DNA of 64,000 nt from a virus. Below, piece after piece: positions 1-9,532 of this stretch. The position numbers were made by a program, and so were the translations under genes. Under the pieces are notes generated by a model that did not search any database, was not told the DNA's origin, and worked only from the letters and a program-made list of their open reading frames with translations. The stretch spans positions 5,726-69,725 of IMG/VR virus record IMGVR_UViG_3300032456_000002, one strand, 5' to 3'. The number at the start of each line of letters is the position of its first letter. The first letter of the stretch is position 1.

Positions 1-8
1 AGCCGCCC

Positions 9-782
9 TTGAATGTGGTGGGTCGGAGTATGGTGGGTCTTTTGCCTGTTGATAGGAAGCCCGTCAATGAGGAGCCTTGTGGAGACCGTTTGCGCGATCG
101 CCTTAGGTTTGTGGCAGGTAAGGATTACAGAGTTTCTGCTAGTGGGCATTCCTCAGTTGCCTACAATTTTAATCAAGGCTATTACGAAGATGAATACAAA
201 AGCCCAGCCGGAAAAGTTTTATACATTGCTCAAAATGAAATGAGCGATGAGGATCTACTGGCAGTGGGGCTAGATCCTAGCCAGGTTGTTGATGGAAACT
301 TTGGCGATCCTGAAAGCATTGACGCTATTGCTGACTACCTTGGTTTAATTAAAAATGCTTTTCTTGACGGATTGCACCGCATTTGCCGCAACAGGATTGC
401 TACAGAAAAAGGGTATCTTGCCGACCAAATGGAGACGGTAGCCATATTGCGGTCAATGCAGCAAAAGCGATTAAACAGACGTATTGGGTTTGTGCGTGGC
501 GTAGATTTTATTTGCGAGGACGAAGACCTAGACAATCCGTTGCGCTGGATATTGCCAATGCCAAGCAGAAGTAGTCCTCTAGTCGGATCGGGGAAGGTCG
601 TGGCATTTTTAGAAGCATGGAAGCCAGATCTAGAGTGGAATCAAGTCGCTGCTTCCAATTTCTTCAGATTGGTTGCTGGAGAATATAAAGATCAAATAGC
701 CGAATGGAATGGGCGATCGCCAACAAGCCTTGACTGGCACAAAGTTTCAGCACTTCACGATCAGGCTGCAAGCCTTGGTTAA
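9..782 (+). CDS. hypothetical phage protein
   Basis: 257-aa ORF followed by a terminator; no family recognised; start uncertain. Confidence 0.6.
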   Translation: MNVVGRSMVGLLPVDRKPVNEEPCGDRLRDRLRFVAGKDYRVSASGHSSVAYNFNQGYYEDEYKSPAGKVLYIAQNEMSDEDLLAVGLDPSQVVDGNFGDPESIDAIADYLGLIKNAFLDGLHRICRNRIATEKGYLADQMETVAILRSMQQKRLNRRIGFVRGVDFICEDEDLDNPLRWILPMPSRSSPLVGSGKVVAFLEAWKPDLEWNQVAASNFFRLVAGEYKDQIAEWNGRSPTSLDWHKVSALHDQAASLG

Positions 783-805
783 ACAAAGTTAAAAGCAAAA
801 CCTAC

Positions 806-832
806 ATGCCGTCTAGAAATAGGCGGCTTTTT
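806..832 (+). terminator. Rho-independent terminator; identical inverted copy at 1143..1169 serves the portal gene
   Basis: GCCGTCTA-GAAA-TAGGCGGC-TTTTT; exact 27-bp reverse complement at 1143..1169. Confidence 0.8.
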
Positions 833-843
833 AGTGCCCATTC

Positions 844-1130
844 CCAAGTGTCAATACGACAGCAGCATAACTATTGACACATTCAAAACTATACACAGTC
901 AGTCTTTCACCATCTGTCGGAAGTGTCAGTAACCTCTAGAGTGTTAACTCTATTCTGGGGAATCCATTGAAGTCTATTTTGGGGAGTCCACTGAAGCTTA
1001 ATTTGGAGCTAGACAGCTAAATTCTTAGCCACTAGTCAAAAACCTATCGACAGGACTGACAGTATTGACACATCACGCCCCATAAAGGTTCTAGCTGTCA
1101 ATAGTTACCGTGCTGTCGTATTGACACTTG
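844..1130. repeat. non-coding inverted iteron-like element, miniature of the repeats inside the primase gene
   Basis: 844..931 aligns with 39746..39833 and 1041..1130 aligns with 41343..41432; internal 24-bp tandem repeat at 950..997. Confidence 0.85.
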
Positions 1131-1190
1131 GGGAAAAGCACAAAAAAGCCGCCTATTTCTAGACGGCATCCTTCCAGCCCTAACTCAAAC

Positions 1191-2825
1191 TCATACCGAC
1201 TTCATCGCCTCATCTATTTCTTCTTCCCCGACACTGGCGATCGCATCCCATTCTTCATTACTCAATTCCTCATCCAATCCCTCATCCAACCCCACATCTA
1301 ATTCCTCATCCCCTCTCACTGGCTCTAGCAGCTTTGGGTCTTGCCCTGCTACCTGTGGCGGTTCTAGTGGTTCTAGCTGTGCCTGGATTAGTTCTGGGGG
1401 ATTATCTACCAGTTCATTCATGCGATCGCTAATCCTGTCATCTAGGCTCAGGTTGTAATTAGCTTCGTCTCCAGCGAATGCTTGCCTCACTTCCACCGGG
1501 TCAAGGATTTTATTTGCAATGAGAATACTGACACTCTCAGCAAAAGTCTTCAGATTGGCTAGTTTATCGGTCTCAGAGCGCTTCAAGCCGCTGGGTATCT
1601 CTACGCCTAAGCCTTTAGGTAATCTGCCTCCTGTGGGGCTATCTTGGGCAAGGCAGGCTAGTTTACCAAGATAGAGATAATGGTCAGCCCAGTGGCGAGA
1701 CTTCCAGGCAATCTTTTGATCGTCCCACTGCCGCTCCTCTACTCCTTCCTTGCCTTGGTTGCCTAAGCCCTTTTGATTGGATGTACCGAACAGGACATGA
1801 CGGGGAATATCGGTGTAAAAGCAGATTGAATCAGTGAGGCGATCGATCGCATCCCCTACCCCACCAAAGTTTCGGCTGACTGTCGACATGGATTCCTTTT
1901 CAGAATCTCGAATGAAGATCCGCAGCGCTGACAGAGCAAACATGACGCTTTGCATCCGTTTGGCGATCGCTTCTTCGTCCTCGCTGTCTCTGATGTCAGA
2001 AAAGCCATCTAGCCCATAGTCAAACACTGATGCCGTCTGAATGTAATAGTTGAGGGCATCAAGGCTCTGTGAGGCTCTAGAGAGTGCCCTGAACACGCCA
2101 TCAATGATGCTGTAATCTTCCTCTGTCTCTAAGGAATGCAGATATCTTGGCTTGGCTTTGCCAGAGAACTTGATAATCCTAGAACGATGGATAGTGCCAT
2201 CAAACGGCATCTCCCTGGTATCAGAGCGGGCACGGGATAGTCTGTAGGCTCCGCGCTTATCTGGGTAGAGGTCAGTGTGATAGAGCGGTTCTAAATATTC
2301 GATGCTGCGAATGTTTTTAGAATCAATCGGTTCCCTGAAATCTCTGCCATCGTCTGCCCCAATGAGAATATAGGCTGTCCTAAAAACGTTCGCATTCTTG
2401 CTCTGCTCTCGAAAGAGCGATCGCACTGACGACAGAGATAGCTCTGGGTCAAGGTCTGAAGGCTCCACGCAGTTATCTAGATAGTCCTCTAGTTGGGAGC
2501 CGTCTACCCCGTAGCCACGATAGGAAGTTTGGCGGGTGAATGTGTATTTCATCCAAGTGTCAGAGCATTCCACTGGATAAGCATCTACTATTTTCTGAAC
2601 TATTCCATCTTGGTACAGGTCTGCTAGTTCGCGATCGGTAAGCCGTGCAGGGCGATTCACCACTACATGGGTAGTCGGATCGCGCCCAGTGCCAAAGCCC
2701 ATGGAGGGATTAGCAAAAGCACTAGCGCTAGGATTCCCCGCACTCATGGCGATCCGCATTCCCGCGCCGTCGTCTTGCCTGCTGTCTGGTGTTCTGTCTG
2801 GTGTGGTGTTTGTAGGTTCAGTCAT
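1191..2825 (-). CDS. phage portal protein (DUF1073-like)
   Basis: LYQDGIVQKIVD, IHRSRII and DIPRHVLFG motifs; size; near terminase. Confidence 0.85.
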   Translation of the reverse strand: MTEPTNTTPDRTPDSRQDDGAGMRIAMSAGNPSASAFANPSMGFGTGRDPTTHVVVNRPARLTDRELADLYQDGIVQKIVDAYPVECSDTWMKYTFTRQTSYRGYGVDGSQLEDYLDNCVEPSDLDPELSLSSVRSLFREQSKNANVFRTAYILIGADDGRDFREPIDSKNIRSIEYLEPLYHTDLYPDKRGAYRLSRARSDTREMPFDGTIHRSRIIKFSGKAKPRYLHSLETEEDYSIIDGVFRALSRASQSLDALNYYIQTASVFDYGLDGFSDIRDSEDEEAIAKRMQSVMFALSALRIFIRDSEKESMSTVSRNFGGVGDAIDRLTDSICFYTDIPRHVLFGTSNQKGLGNQGKEGVEERQWDDQKIAWKSRHWADHYLYLGKLACLAQDSPTGGRLPKGLGVEIPSGLKRSETDKLANLKTFAESVSILIANKILDPVEVRQAFAGDEANYNLSLDDRISDRMNELVDNPPELIQAQLEPLEPPQVAGQDPKLLEPVRGDEELDVGLDEGLDEELSNEEWDAIASVGEEEIDEAMKSV

Positions 2826-2923
2826 GGATTTGTATGTTTAATTTTCTTTTAATTATGACCTATGACACTTGGGGCGATCGACATCTACAGGGTTGGCAAA
2901 ATAAACGCTAAAAAGCCACCTAT

Positions 2924-3330
2924 AAGGCTTCGCGTGAGAACCCCGGTCTTTTAAGCCGGGGATGAAACGCAGCAGCAGCCTTGAGGTTGCGAGTACTCTG
3001 GGTTACAATTGAATGGTGCAGAACAAGTAGGCGTATCAACTACGCGATGAATCGTCCTAGCACGGTGAAATACCAGCCAGTAAGACACTGCCAGCAATCA
3101 AATTGACTGAGTAAGACTAAGGCACAGGCAAGCAATGGCAGGATGATGAGCGTACCGAACTGGCTAGTGTTGAAAAGTGCGAACGAAAGCATAAAGTAAA
3201 AAAGTAGACGTAATGTTCACGGCGTAAGTCAGTGGATTTGAACGTGTAGCGGCGGTTTGACAGCGCCTTTAAGAACAATCGCAAGGCTGTTTCTTAAGAA
3301 TCTCCGTTCCTTTAGGTCGGAGAGTGTCAA
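2924..3330 (+). mobile_element. non-autonomous IS200/IS605-family element (PATE-like) with structured non-coding interior
   Basis: left hairpin CCCCGG-TCTTTTAAG-CCGGGG; right end GAATCTCCG-TTCCTTTAGGT-CGGAGAGTGTCAA ending in TCAA; no ORF; left boundary approximate. Confidence 0.7.
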
Positions 3331-3348
3331 CTCTAAGTGGCGATCGCG

Positions 3349-3556
3349 CTAATTTTCAGGGGCAATGTTTTTTGATCGTTGCTTTCGTTTTCTTTCAGCC
3401 GCGCTCATTGCGGTTCCTTCGATTGGTCTTACTCCTCTTTTCTTAGGGCTGTCTACAAACCGCCTGCCACAGATCGAACATTTGTAGGTTTGTTCTCCTG
3501 TTTTGCTCTTTCCATTTTTGATTGACGATGCGTCACAGTGCTTGGGGTTAGTCATG
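3349..3556 (-). CDS. small zinc-ribbon DNA-binding protein (InsA-like ribbon plus basic tail)
   Basis: KNGKSKTGEQTYKCSICGRRF and AMSAAERKRKQR; start taken at MTNPKHC. Confidence 0.6.
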
Positions 3557-3611
3557 ATTCTTTTTTTTTTATTCCCTCCCCGACTCACATAGTCGGGGAG
3601 GCTTAATCAAT

Positions 3612-3923
3612 TTACCGAGATAGGAATACTTCTTTAACGCCTTTCAAGTTATGAGCTTCCCAGCCAGCCTTGGGAGAGTTGCATTTTCTGTCGTAGTCTG
3701 TGAGGCTCTGAATCTCTGAATCTATAGCCTTTACGATTTCTTCTACGGTTGCGAACTTGCAGATGATGTGAGTTCTAGAATGTCCCACCTTTGCCCATTT
3801 TCTAGCTTGTCTTTGAGCGCCTTCTTTCGAATCGAATATACACGTGATGCAATTATGCATCCCTGCAACTGCGTATTTTTCTTGGTTCGATTCTTGCATT
3901 AGGACGGTGGTTTGAACGTACAT
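3612..3923 (-). CDS. hypothetical small protein with its own promoter
   Basis: 103-aa ORF; upstream TTGACG-17-CATGCT at about 3956..3984. Confidence 0.6.
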   Translation of the reverse strand: MYVQTTVLMQESNQEKYAVAGMHNCITCIFDSKEGAQRQARKWAKVGHSRTHIICKFATVEEIVKAIDSEIQSLTDYDRKCNSPKAGWEAHNLKGVKEVFLSR

Positions 3924-3992
3924 GTCGGGTTCCTGTGTTTGCTCTACTTCTATAGCATGTCACAAATTAAACGTGGCGTCAACACGATCGCT

Positions 3993-5303
3993 TTACTCCC
4001 TCCGCATCCAACTAAGATCCCTTTTCCTCAACGTCTTCAATTCTTCGATCGCCTCTCCAATCATGGCGAACCCGACAGCCCAACTCATGACGGCATCATC
4101 CTTCTCGCCATCGATTGCCTGCCTCTGCACACGGCTAAACTTTTTCATCTGAGGAATGCCATGCCAGTCAGCAGGGTAGACAACATCGCCATCGCTAAGG
4201 GCTAGGGTGATGCGATCGGTATTGATGAGTTTGGATGTGGCAGATGTGTTGACAATTTCTACCCGCAATTTAGGACGCGCCTCGATAAAGTTTTCAGCTT
4301 GGCTTAGTCCACCATTATTTTTCTCAATAACCAACATCACCACCTTGCCAGTGCGATCGTATTGATCCAAAGTCTTCAGACATTCGGCACGACAATAGCT
4401 AGGCAGTCGATTGTTCTCATGCCACGATGCCACTAGCTGCAATGGATGGCTGGTGATATCCCAAATCTGAAAGTCCCAGTCATCAGCACCTCCCTGGTTA
4501 GGGTCAATCATGGCAAGGTAGAAATGTTTGCGCTCTGGCTTAGTCCATTGCCCTGTAGCTTGTCTATCTATTGCTGCAATGTTGAATAAAGAATTTTTCT
4601 CGCTGGCAGGTTTGCAGAATAGTTCCTCGTCTGCATCGTCGCCATATTCTAGGATGATTTGCGATCGCCACAGGTCTTGTTTTTCCTGACTCCATTCTTC
4701 CCCATTGACCAGGCAGATGCGTTGATAAAGTCCATCGGCTAGGGCGTCATCAAAGGTGATGGTATGCAGACTGTAGCCGCGCTGTGGGGCTATCTTGTAG
4801 CAGAGTTCTTCAAAGTGGCTGCATAGACTATTGACGGATGAGATAATGTCAATCCTTGCACCCCAGATTAGCAGAGCGATCGCGGCTTTTAATAGTTCTT
4901 CCGGCTTGTCATGAAATGCGTATTCATCTAGAATGACCCTGCCTTTTCTACTCCTTAAGTTCCTAGGATTAGATGACAAAGCAGTGATATTGAAGCCACT
5001 GGCAAAGCGAATTCTGAAGGCAAGGATATCCTCGTCCTCATTTTTTATAACGAGTTCTTCGATGTCAGTGGCGACTAAGCTATAAGCCCGAGCCCAACTT
5101 GCAGCGTCAGAGATGAACTGCAAAGCCATCTCTTTTGAGTACCCCAAATAAGTGGTAGATATTCCGTTGATTCGACTAGCCTCTAAAGCACAATCCCCAG
5201 CGATGCTCCAGCTAATCCCGACGCGTCTACTCTTGCGGAATATCCGCACCCTCGCTGAGTCTTCCAGCCCGATCGCTTGATATGGGAGTAGAACTTTGGG
5301 CAT
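3993..5303 (-). CDS. terL: terminase large subunit (Mu gp28-like ATPase)
   Basis: LLPYQ, KSRRVGISW Walker A, VILDEYAF Walker B, C-terminal KDDAVMS; start moved to ATG 5303 (GGGAG RBS). Confidence 0.9.
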   Translation of the reverse strand: MPKVLLPYQAIGLEDSARVRIFRKSRRVGISWSIAGDCALEASRINGISTTYLGYSKEMALQFISDAASWARAYSLVATDIEELVIKNEDEDILAFRIRFASGFNITALSSNPRNLRSRKGRVILDEYAFHDKPEELLKAAIALLIWGARIDIISSVNSLCSHFEELCYKIAPQRGYSLHTITFDDALADGLYQRICLVNGEEWSQEKQDLWRSQIILEYGDDADEELFCKPASEKNSLFNIAAIDRQATGQWTKPERKHFYLAMIDPNQGGADDWDFQIWDITSHPLQLVASWHENNRLPSYCRAECLKTLDQYDRTGKVVMLVIEKNNGGLSQAENFIEARPKLRVEIVNTSATSKLINTDRITLALSDGDVVYPADWHGIPQMKKFSRVQRQAIDGEKDDAVMSWAVGFAMIGEAIEELKTLRKRDLSWMRRE

Positions 5304-6033
5304 TGACTCCCATGATTTCCGCTCGGATTCTTCCAAACGTTTCTTCTGAGAGTCCCCCAGAGTGTTCCCTCTCTTGGCTAAGTTGGTAGAGGAGCGGTTC
5401 TGGGAGTTCTCCTTGCAATAGCGCTGTAACTTCTTCTGTGGCGCGGTTATAAATTTTGTTGGCACAGTCAGCTACCCAAGATGGAACAATGTTCATATCA
5501 GTCATTTTATCCAACACATCCCCTTCGGTCACTGACTCCTCTTTCGGATAAAGCTTTAATTTCTTAATGAGTTTCTCCAGTGCTGCAAGTTTGTCATGCA
5601 ACGTCACCTCCCATTCAATCGTTACATCTACCTCTTGCACTTCTCCTATGGTTCGTGTCGTAGTCTTCTTTTTGCACTTGACAGTTTTAATGGCACTCTT
5701 GCCTCGATGGGTCAGCCTGCTGCTAGGTATGACCTCAACGCCTTCCTCATCCCACGCCATAGCATCGGTGATGTTGGCAAATGCGATCGCCACGGTCTCA
5801 TGAATCACCGATACCTCTGTCAGGTTCAAAACTTCGCCCAAATAGGCGCTTACCTTAGGATTCCCTAGGAGCTGAGAAGACGATACCCATGCAACTTTAT
5901 CATTTTTGCATAAGTACCCAGCATCCTTATAAGACTGTGTAGCATTAAGCGATCGCGCATAATGCTGACAAAATCTAAACTGCTGATCTGTCAGTCCGTG
6001 CGGGTTTTGATGCTTGGGTACAGTCTTTGCCAT
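5227..6033 (-). CDS. terS: terminase small subunit
   Basis: LTDQQFRFCQHY..NATQSYKDAGY, IAFANITD, LHDKLAALEKL. Confidence 0.9.
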   Translation of the reverse strand: MAKTVPKHQNPHGLTDQQFRFCQHYARSLNATQSYKDAGYLCKNDKVAWVSSSQLLGNPKVSAYLGEVLNLTEVSVIHETVAIAFANITDAMAWDEEGVEVIPSSRLTHRGKSAIKTVKCKKKTTTRTIGEVQEVDVTIEWEVTLHDKLAALEKLIKKLKLYPKEESVTEGDVLDKMTDMNIVPSWVADCANKIYNRATEEVTALLQGELPEPLLYQLSQEREHSGGLSEETFGRIRAEIMGVNAQSSTPISSDRAGRLSEGADIPQE

Positions 6034-6149
6034 TTCGATATTCTAGCCAACATTCATTGACAGTGAATCTTTACACAATGTACTATCCCTGTACTTTCGC
6101 ATTCTCGCTAAAAATGCGATAATTAGCATATACACGAAACGAGAGAGTC

Positions 6150-6320
6150 ATGGAAGCCACCGTCACCGTTCAAGCCTTTTCCAACAGAGAGCAAGTGAAT
6201 AAGCAATTTACTTTAACGTTGCCATTGGCGATCGCAAACTGCATGGCTGGAGAGGCTCAGGCGAAGCGGATTCGGAAGGCTGTGGGTGGTGATTGGACTG
6301 TGATTCATTTCTTGGGTTAA
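6150..6320 (+). CDS. small hypothetical protein (56 aa)
   Basis: ATG with purine-rich RBS downstream of a promoter-like motif at about 6095..6125; below ORF-track cutoff. Confidence 0.5.
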   Translation: MEATVTVQAFSNREQVNKQFTLTLPLAIANCMAGEAQAKRIRKAVGGDWTVIHFLG

Positions 6321-6416
6321 TCAACTTTAGGAGGGGTGCAATTCCCCGCGATCGCGTTCCTTGTCGGTGGGATTAATGGTTAAACCGTCCTGAATAATTG
6401 CAATGGAGAATAAGTC

Positions 6417-7805
6417 ATGCCTATTTGCGGATTAACAAACCGAGCTGCCGAAGGTCGGATGACAACGATCGGTATTTTGCGTAAAGGTGCACCCCGTCCG
6501 GCAAACGGTAAGTTGCCTGGGGTGGAGTTACCCTATTTTCGTTTTGACACAAAAGACGATCGCGCGGCTGCTGTATTCCTTGAGTCTTATGGTGCGGAGC
6601 CTCAAGAGATTCGAGTTTTAATGCCATACAAAACAACCGACCAATGTTTTCCAACTGCCAAAGAATCCTATGTTGCATCAGGGCTAAGGAGCCGTTGTGA
6701 TGGTGAGTTTGTATCTGCTATGCGGTTAGAGAACGGCAAAATTCAGCGTCAATTCATTTCGCCCGCAGCTTGCCCCGGTGCGAAGTTCTGCGAGTCCTGC
6801 AAGCCCGTTGGTCGCCTTCAATGCATTATTCCAGAATTGAATCGTTTTGCATTGGTAAACGCAGAGACTCACTCGATTCATGACATCGTGAACCTAGATG
6901 AGCAGCTAAGAGCGATCGAAGCTACGTTTGGACGGCTTGACTCTATTCCTCTGGTATTGCGGAAGACCCAAAAGAAAATCTCTATTCCAAGGGATAACGG
7001 CGATCGCCAACGGGTTAACAAGTGGTTACTCAGCATCGAAGTCAACCCGGAATGGGCAGCGCTACAACTAGCGGCAGCGCGATCGGCTCAACTTGCCGCT
7101 GCAACCGTTTATTCAATTGGGGGGAATGTCCCTAATGTAATGCCACGGCTACCCGCATCCAATGCAATGCGATCGGCTCAAACCCCGAACCATCGGGATA
7201 CGAATGAATGGGTTTGGTTCGAGGGCGAACTAGCTAAGGCAATTCAATCGGGAGAGATGGGGCAAATAGAGCAGGTGGTGAGCAACGCCTACGAATGGGC
7301 GCGGATGGCTCCTCAGTTCACTGGCTTACATCAGGCGATCGCCAATGAACACGATCGCGCCATTAGTGCCTCGTCTGCTGTTGCAGTGGAAGTCATGCCG
7401 ATGGCAGATGTAGAGATTCCCGAAGTTTCATCTACCGTCAACTTCGATCGCATTGCTGCACTGCTCAAGCTTTTAGGCACAGCGCTACCGCAAGCCAAGC
7501 TTATTCGTCAAGGACTGCTCGGTAAAAAGCAACCCAAAGACTACAGCCAAGATGAGATGAGCCAACTACAGGATGCCTTGTTGATTGATTGGGCAACTCA
7601 GTTCCCTTGTTGGCAGCATGACTCCCACCGTGTGAACAGCTACCACAAATTTGTCGAAGGGCTTGATGGAGTCCCCACAGATGAAGAGCTATTCACTTTA
7701 TGGAAAGAGGAGTGTGAGATTCGGGTAGAAGGTGAAACTACTGTAGAGGTTGACAGTCAGGTTGATAGTCAGGACGAGGGCTTCCCTGATGTAGAAGCGG
7801 GTTAG
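6417..7805 (+). CDS. Gp3-like / recombination directionality factor-like protein
   Basis: IGILRKG..YFRF, RCDGE, CKPVGRL, ETHS..DI N-terminal domain; acidic tail. Confidence 0.6.
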   Translation: MPICGLTNRAAEGRMTTIGILRKGAPRPANGKLPGVELPYFRFDTKDDRAAAVFLESYGAEPQEIRVLMPYKTTDQCFPTAKESYVASGLRSRCDGEFVSAMRLENGKIQRQFISPAACPGAKFCESCKPVGRLQCIIPELNRFALVNAETHSIHDIVNLDEQLRAIEATFGRLDSIPLVLRKTQKKISIPRDNGDRQRVNKWLLSIEVNPEWAALQLAAARSAQLAAATVYSIGGNVPNVMPRLPASNAMRSAQTPNHRDTNEWVWFEGELAKAIQSGEMGQIEQVVSNAYEWARMAPQFTGLHQAIANEHDRAISASSAVAVEVMPMADVEIPEVSSTVNFDRIAALLKLLGTALPQAKLIRQGLLGKKQPKDYSQDEMSQLQDALLIDWATQFPCWQHDSHRVNSYHKFVEGLDGVPTDEELFTLWKEECEIRVEGETTVEVDSQVDSQDEGFPDVEAG

Positions 7806-7917
7806 GTAGTCCCAGCCCTGGGCATGGCTTAAACTGCCCAACTCTTGACAAGAATAAAGCGCAGCTCCGGCAAGGAAACTGCGCTTCGTACCCAACATCA
7901 ACCATAGGTAAACCATC

Positions 7918-8220
7918 ATGCCAGTTTTTAAGATTTTGTCAATAACGTCCGTTCTTTTAGTGACCATCCTCTCTCCTGGTGCGATCGCGCATCACATTTG
8001 TTTTGTCAACACCACGGGTTCACAATGCGAAGTCCATCAGGAAGATATACAGCCCGATCGCAAAGCGAGCGAGAATCCCAACATGGAAGGTCGTGAGGGT
8101 GTCCCCCCTAGCGCTGCTACTGGGTCACGCGCAATAGATAGCGCAAAACGTTGGTGCAAGTGGGGAGAAGATCCCAAAACGGCAGGGTGCGACAATCTGG
8201 GCAGTGGGGTCGGTGGTTAA
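7918..8220 (+). CDS. small secreted Cys-containing protein
   Basis: signal-peptide-like N-terminus (..PGAIA/), 4 Cys. Confidence 0.5.
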   Translation: MPVFKILSITSVLLVTILSPGAIAHHICFVNTTGSQCEVHQEDIQPDRKASENPNMEGREGVPPSAATGSRAIDSAKRWCKWGEDPKTAGCDNLGSGVGG

Positions 8221-8504
8221 CTTACCGAAAGCCCATACATCCATTCAACTTGCAACTCTGCTGCCACTTCGCCGAATGGGCGCTGATAGCTACCGATAGA
8301 GGGTTTCACATTGGCAGGATATCGATCGCTTCCTTCTATGTTTGTTTTGTCAGACTGCAGCAAAAGCCAATGGAAGGTTCCAGACAAGCCAGGGCGAACG
8401 GCTAAAATATCGGATAAAAAATACCATCCTTTCATGGGGATTCTCCTAAAACTTCATTCTGACATTCTCACAGAACTGAAGCAACACTAATATTCTGAGA
8501 ATAC

Positions 8505-8538
8505 TCTGATATAGATAATTCAGGTTATCTATATCAGA
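8505..8538. promoter_or_regulatory. perfect 14-6-14 dyad (operator or recombinase site)
   Basis: TCTGATATAGATAA-TTCAGG-TTATCTATATCAGA. Confidence 0.55.
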
Positions 8539-8570
8539 AAAGGAGCCGATCCTTGCGATCGGCTCCTTTT
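8538..8570. terminator. bidirectional terminator
   Basis: AAAAGGAGCCGATC-CTTGC-GATCGGCTCCTTTT. Confidence 0.8.
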
Positions 8571-8582
8571 GTTTGGGTGAAT

Positions 8583-9407
8583 CTATTCCCCGATCAGCTT
8601 TTGGCGATCGCCAAATCGTTGCGCGAACTTTTGTTTTAGCGTTGCCATCGCAGAACGATCAATCTTTGCTGTCTCCAGAGCAGTAAACTCTTTTTGCCAA
8701 TGTCCAGACTCTTTTCCATAGCCAATAGATTCTAGCCAGTCCCACGCAGACTTCGTTGTTTTGAACCCGAATTGTTTCTGCAAAGCTGTAATACCAAAAC
8801 CGTCTAGCTGAGAAACTACTCGACCATTGCGATCGATGATGACGGTTCGATCAACGTGCTCCACTTTTTCGATCACTGTTATCCCTGGCAGCATAATTGC
8901 TTCTACTACAGCAGGTGCGGTGATTGACATCATCCCTGCAATAGATAGTGTTTTTTGGGTGGACTCCTGAACTTTTAGCTGCAACTCCATATTTTTGTTT
9001 TGCAACTCTAGTTTGCGGATTTCTTCCGACATTGCGGGAATAACGGTTTCAGCTTCTCTGGTTTTGACTGCGAAGTAGTGCTTGGCTTGCTTTACCATCG
9101 GCTTGCCTCGGCTGTCGCAAGCCAAAACCGTGTGATAGCAAGCCAAACGAGTCAAGCGATAATCAACAGCAGGTCTGCCATTACTTTTTATCTCTACGGG
9201 TAAGAAGTGACTGGAAGTGCTGGGAATAGAGACTTCTAGGTTCTCTTGTGCAATGTCAATGACATCCTTGAACTTTTGCCATTTCACATAAGTCAGCAAT
9301 TCCATCAAATCTCTAGCGCTCCAAAATTCCACCCCGGTTCCATCAATCTGTCTGATTGAATCAAATGGGCTTGCTTGGGCTGTGGATTCAAAAGGTACAA
9401 TACTCAT
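8583..9407 (-). CDS. BRO/DinD-like antirepressor-family protein
   Basis: SPFDSIRQ..EFWSARDLM..Y.KWQKF..DYRLTRLACY..D..KP..AKHYFAVKTREAE. Confidence 0.8.
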   Translation of the reverse strand: MSIVPFESTAQASPFDSIRQIDGTGVEFWSARDLMELLTYVKWQKFKDVIDIAQENLEVSIPSTSSHFLPVEIKSNGRPAVDYRLTRLACYHTVLACDSRGKPMVKQAKHYFAVKTREAETVIPAMSEEIRKLELQNKNMELQLKVQESTQKTLSIAGMMSITAPAVVEAIMLPGITVIEKVEHVDRTVIIDRNGRVVSQLDGFGITALQKQFGFKTTKSAWDWLESIGYGKESGHWQKEFTALETAKIDRSAMATLKQKFAQRFGDRQKLIGE

Positions 9408-9532
9408 AGCCGATTCCTAGAATAGTAGGTCTGTGGTCAGCGATCGCCAAACCTCTGATAAAGGATGCGATCGCGCTCCCATAATTCTACCGCACGTTCT
9501 CGCCAAAATAGTCTGTATTCGCATTGACAGGA

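Noticed and set aside
950-997. Possible second CRISPR array
   Set aside because: Two adjacent 24-bp copies with no spacer
5304-5465. Long N-terminal extension of TerL in the ORF track
   Set aside because: Overlaps terS; a better start with RBS lies at 5303
6330-6350. tRNA-like GGGGTGCAATTCCCC T-arm
   Set aside because: No D arm, anticodon arm or acceptor stem found
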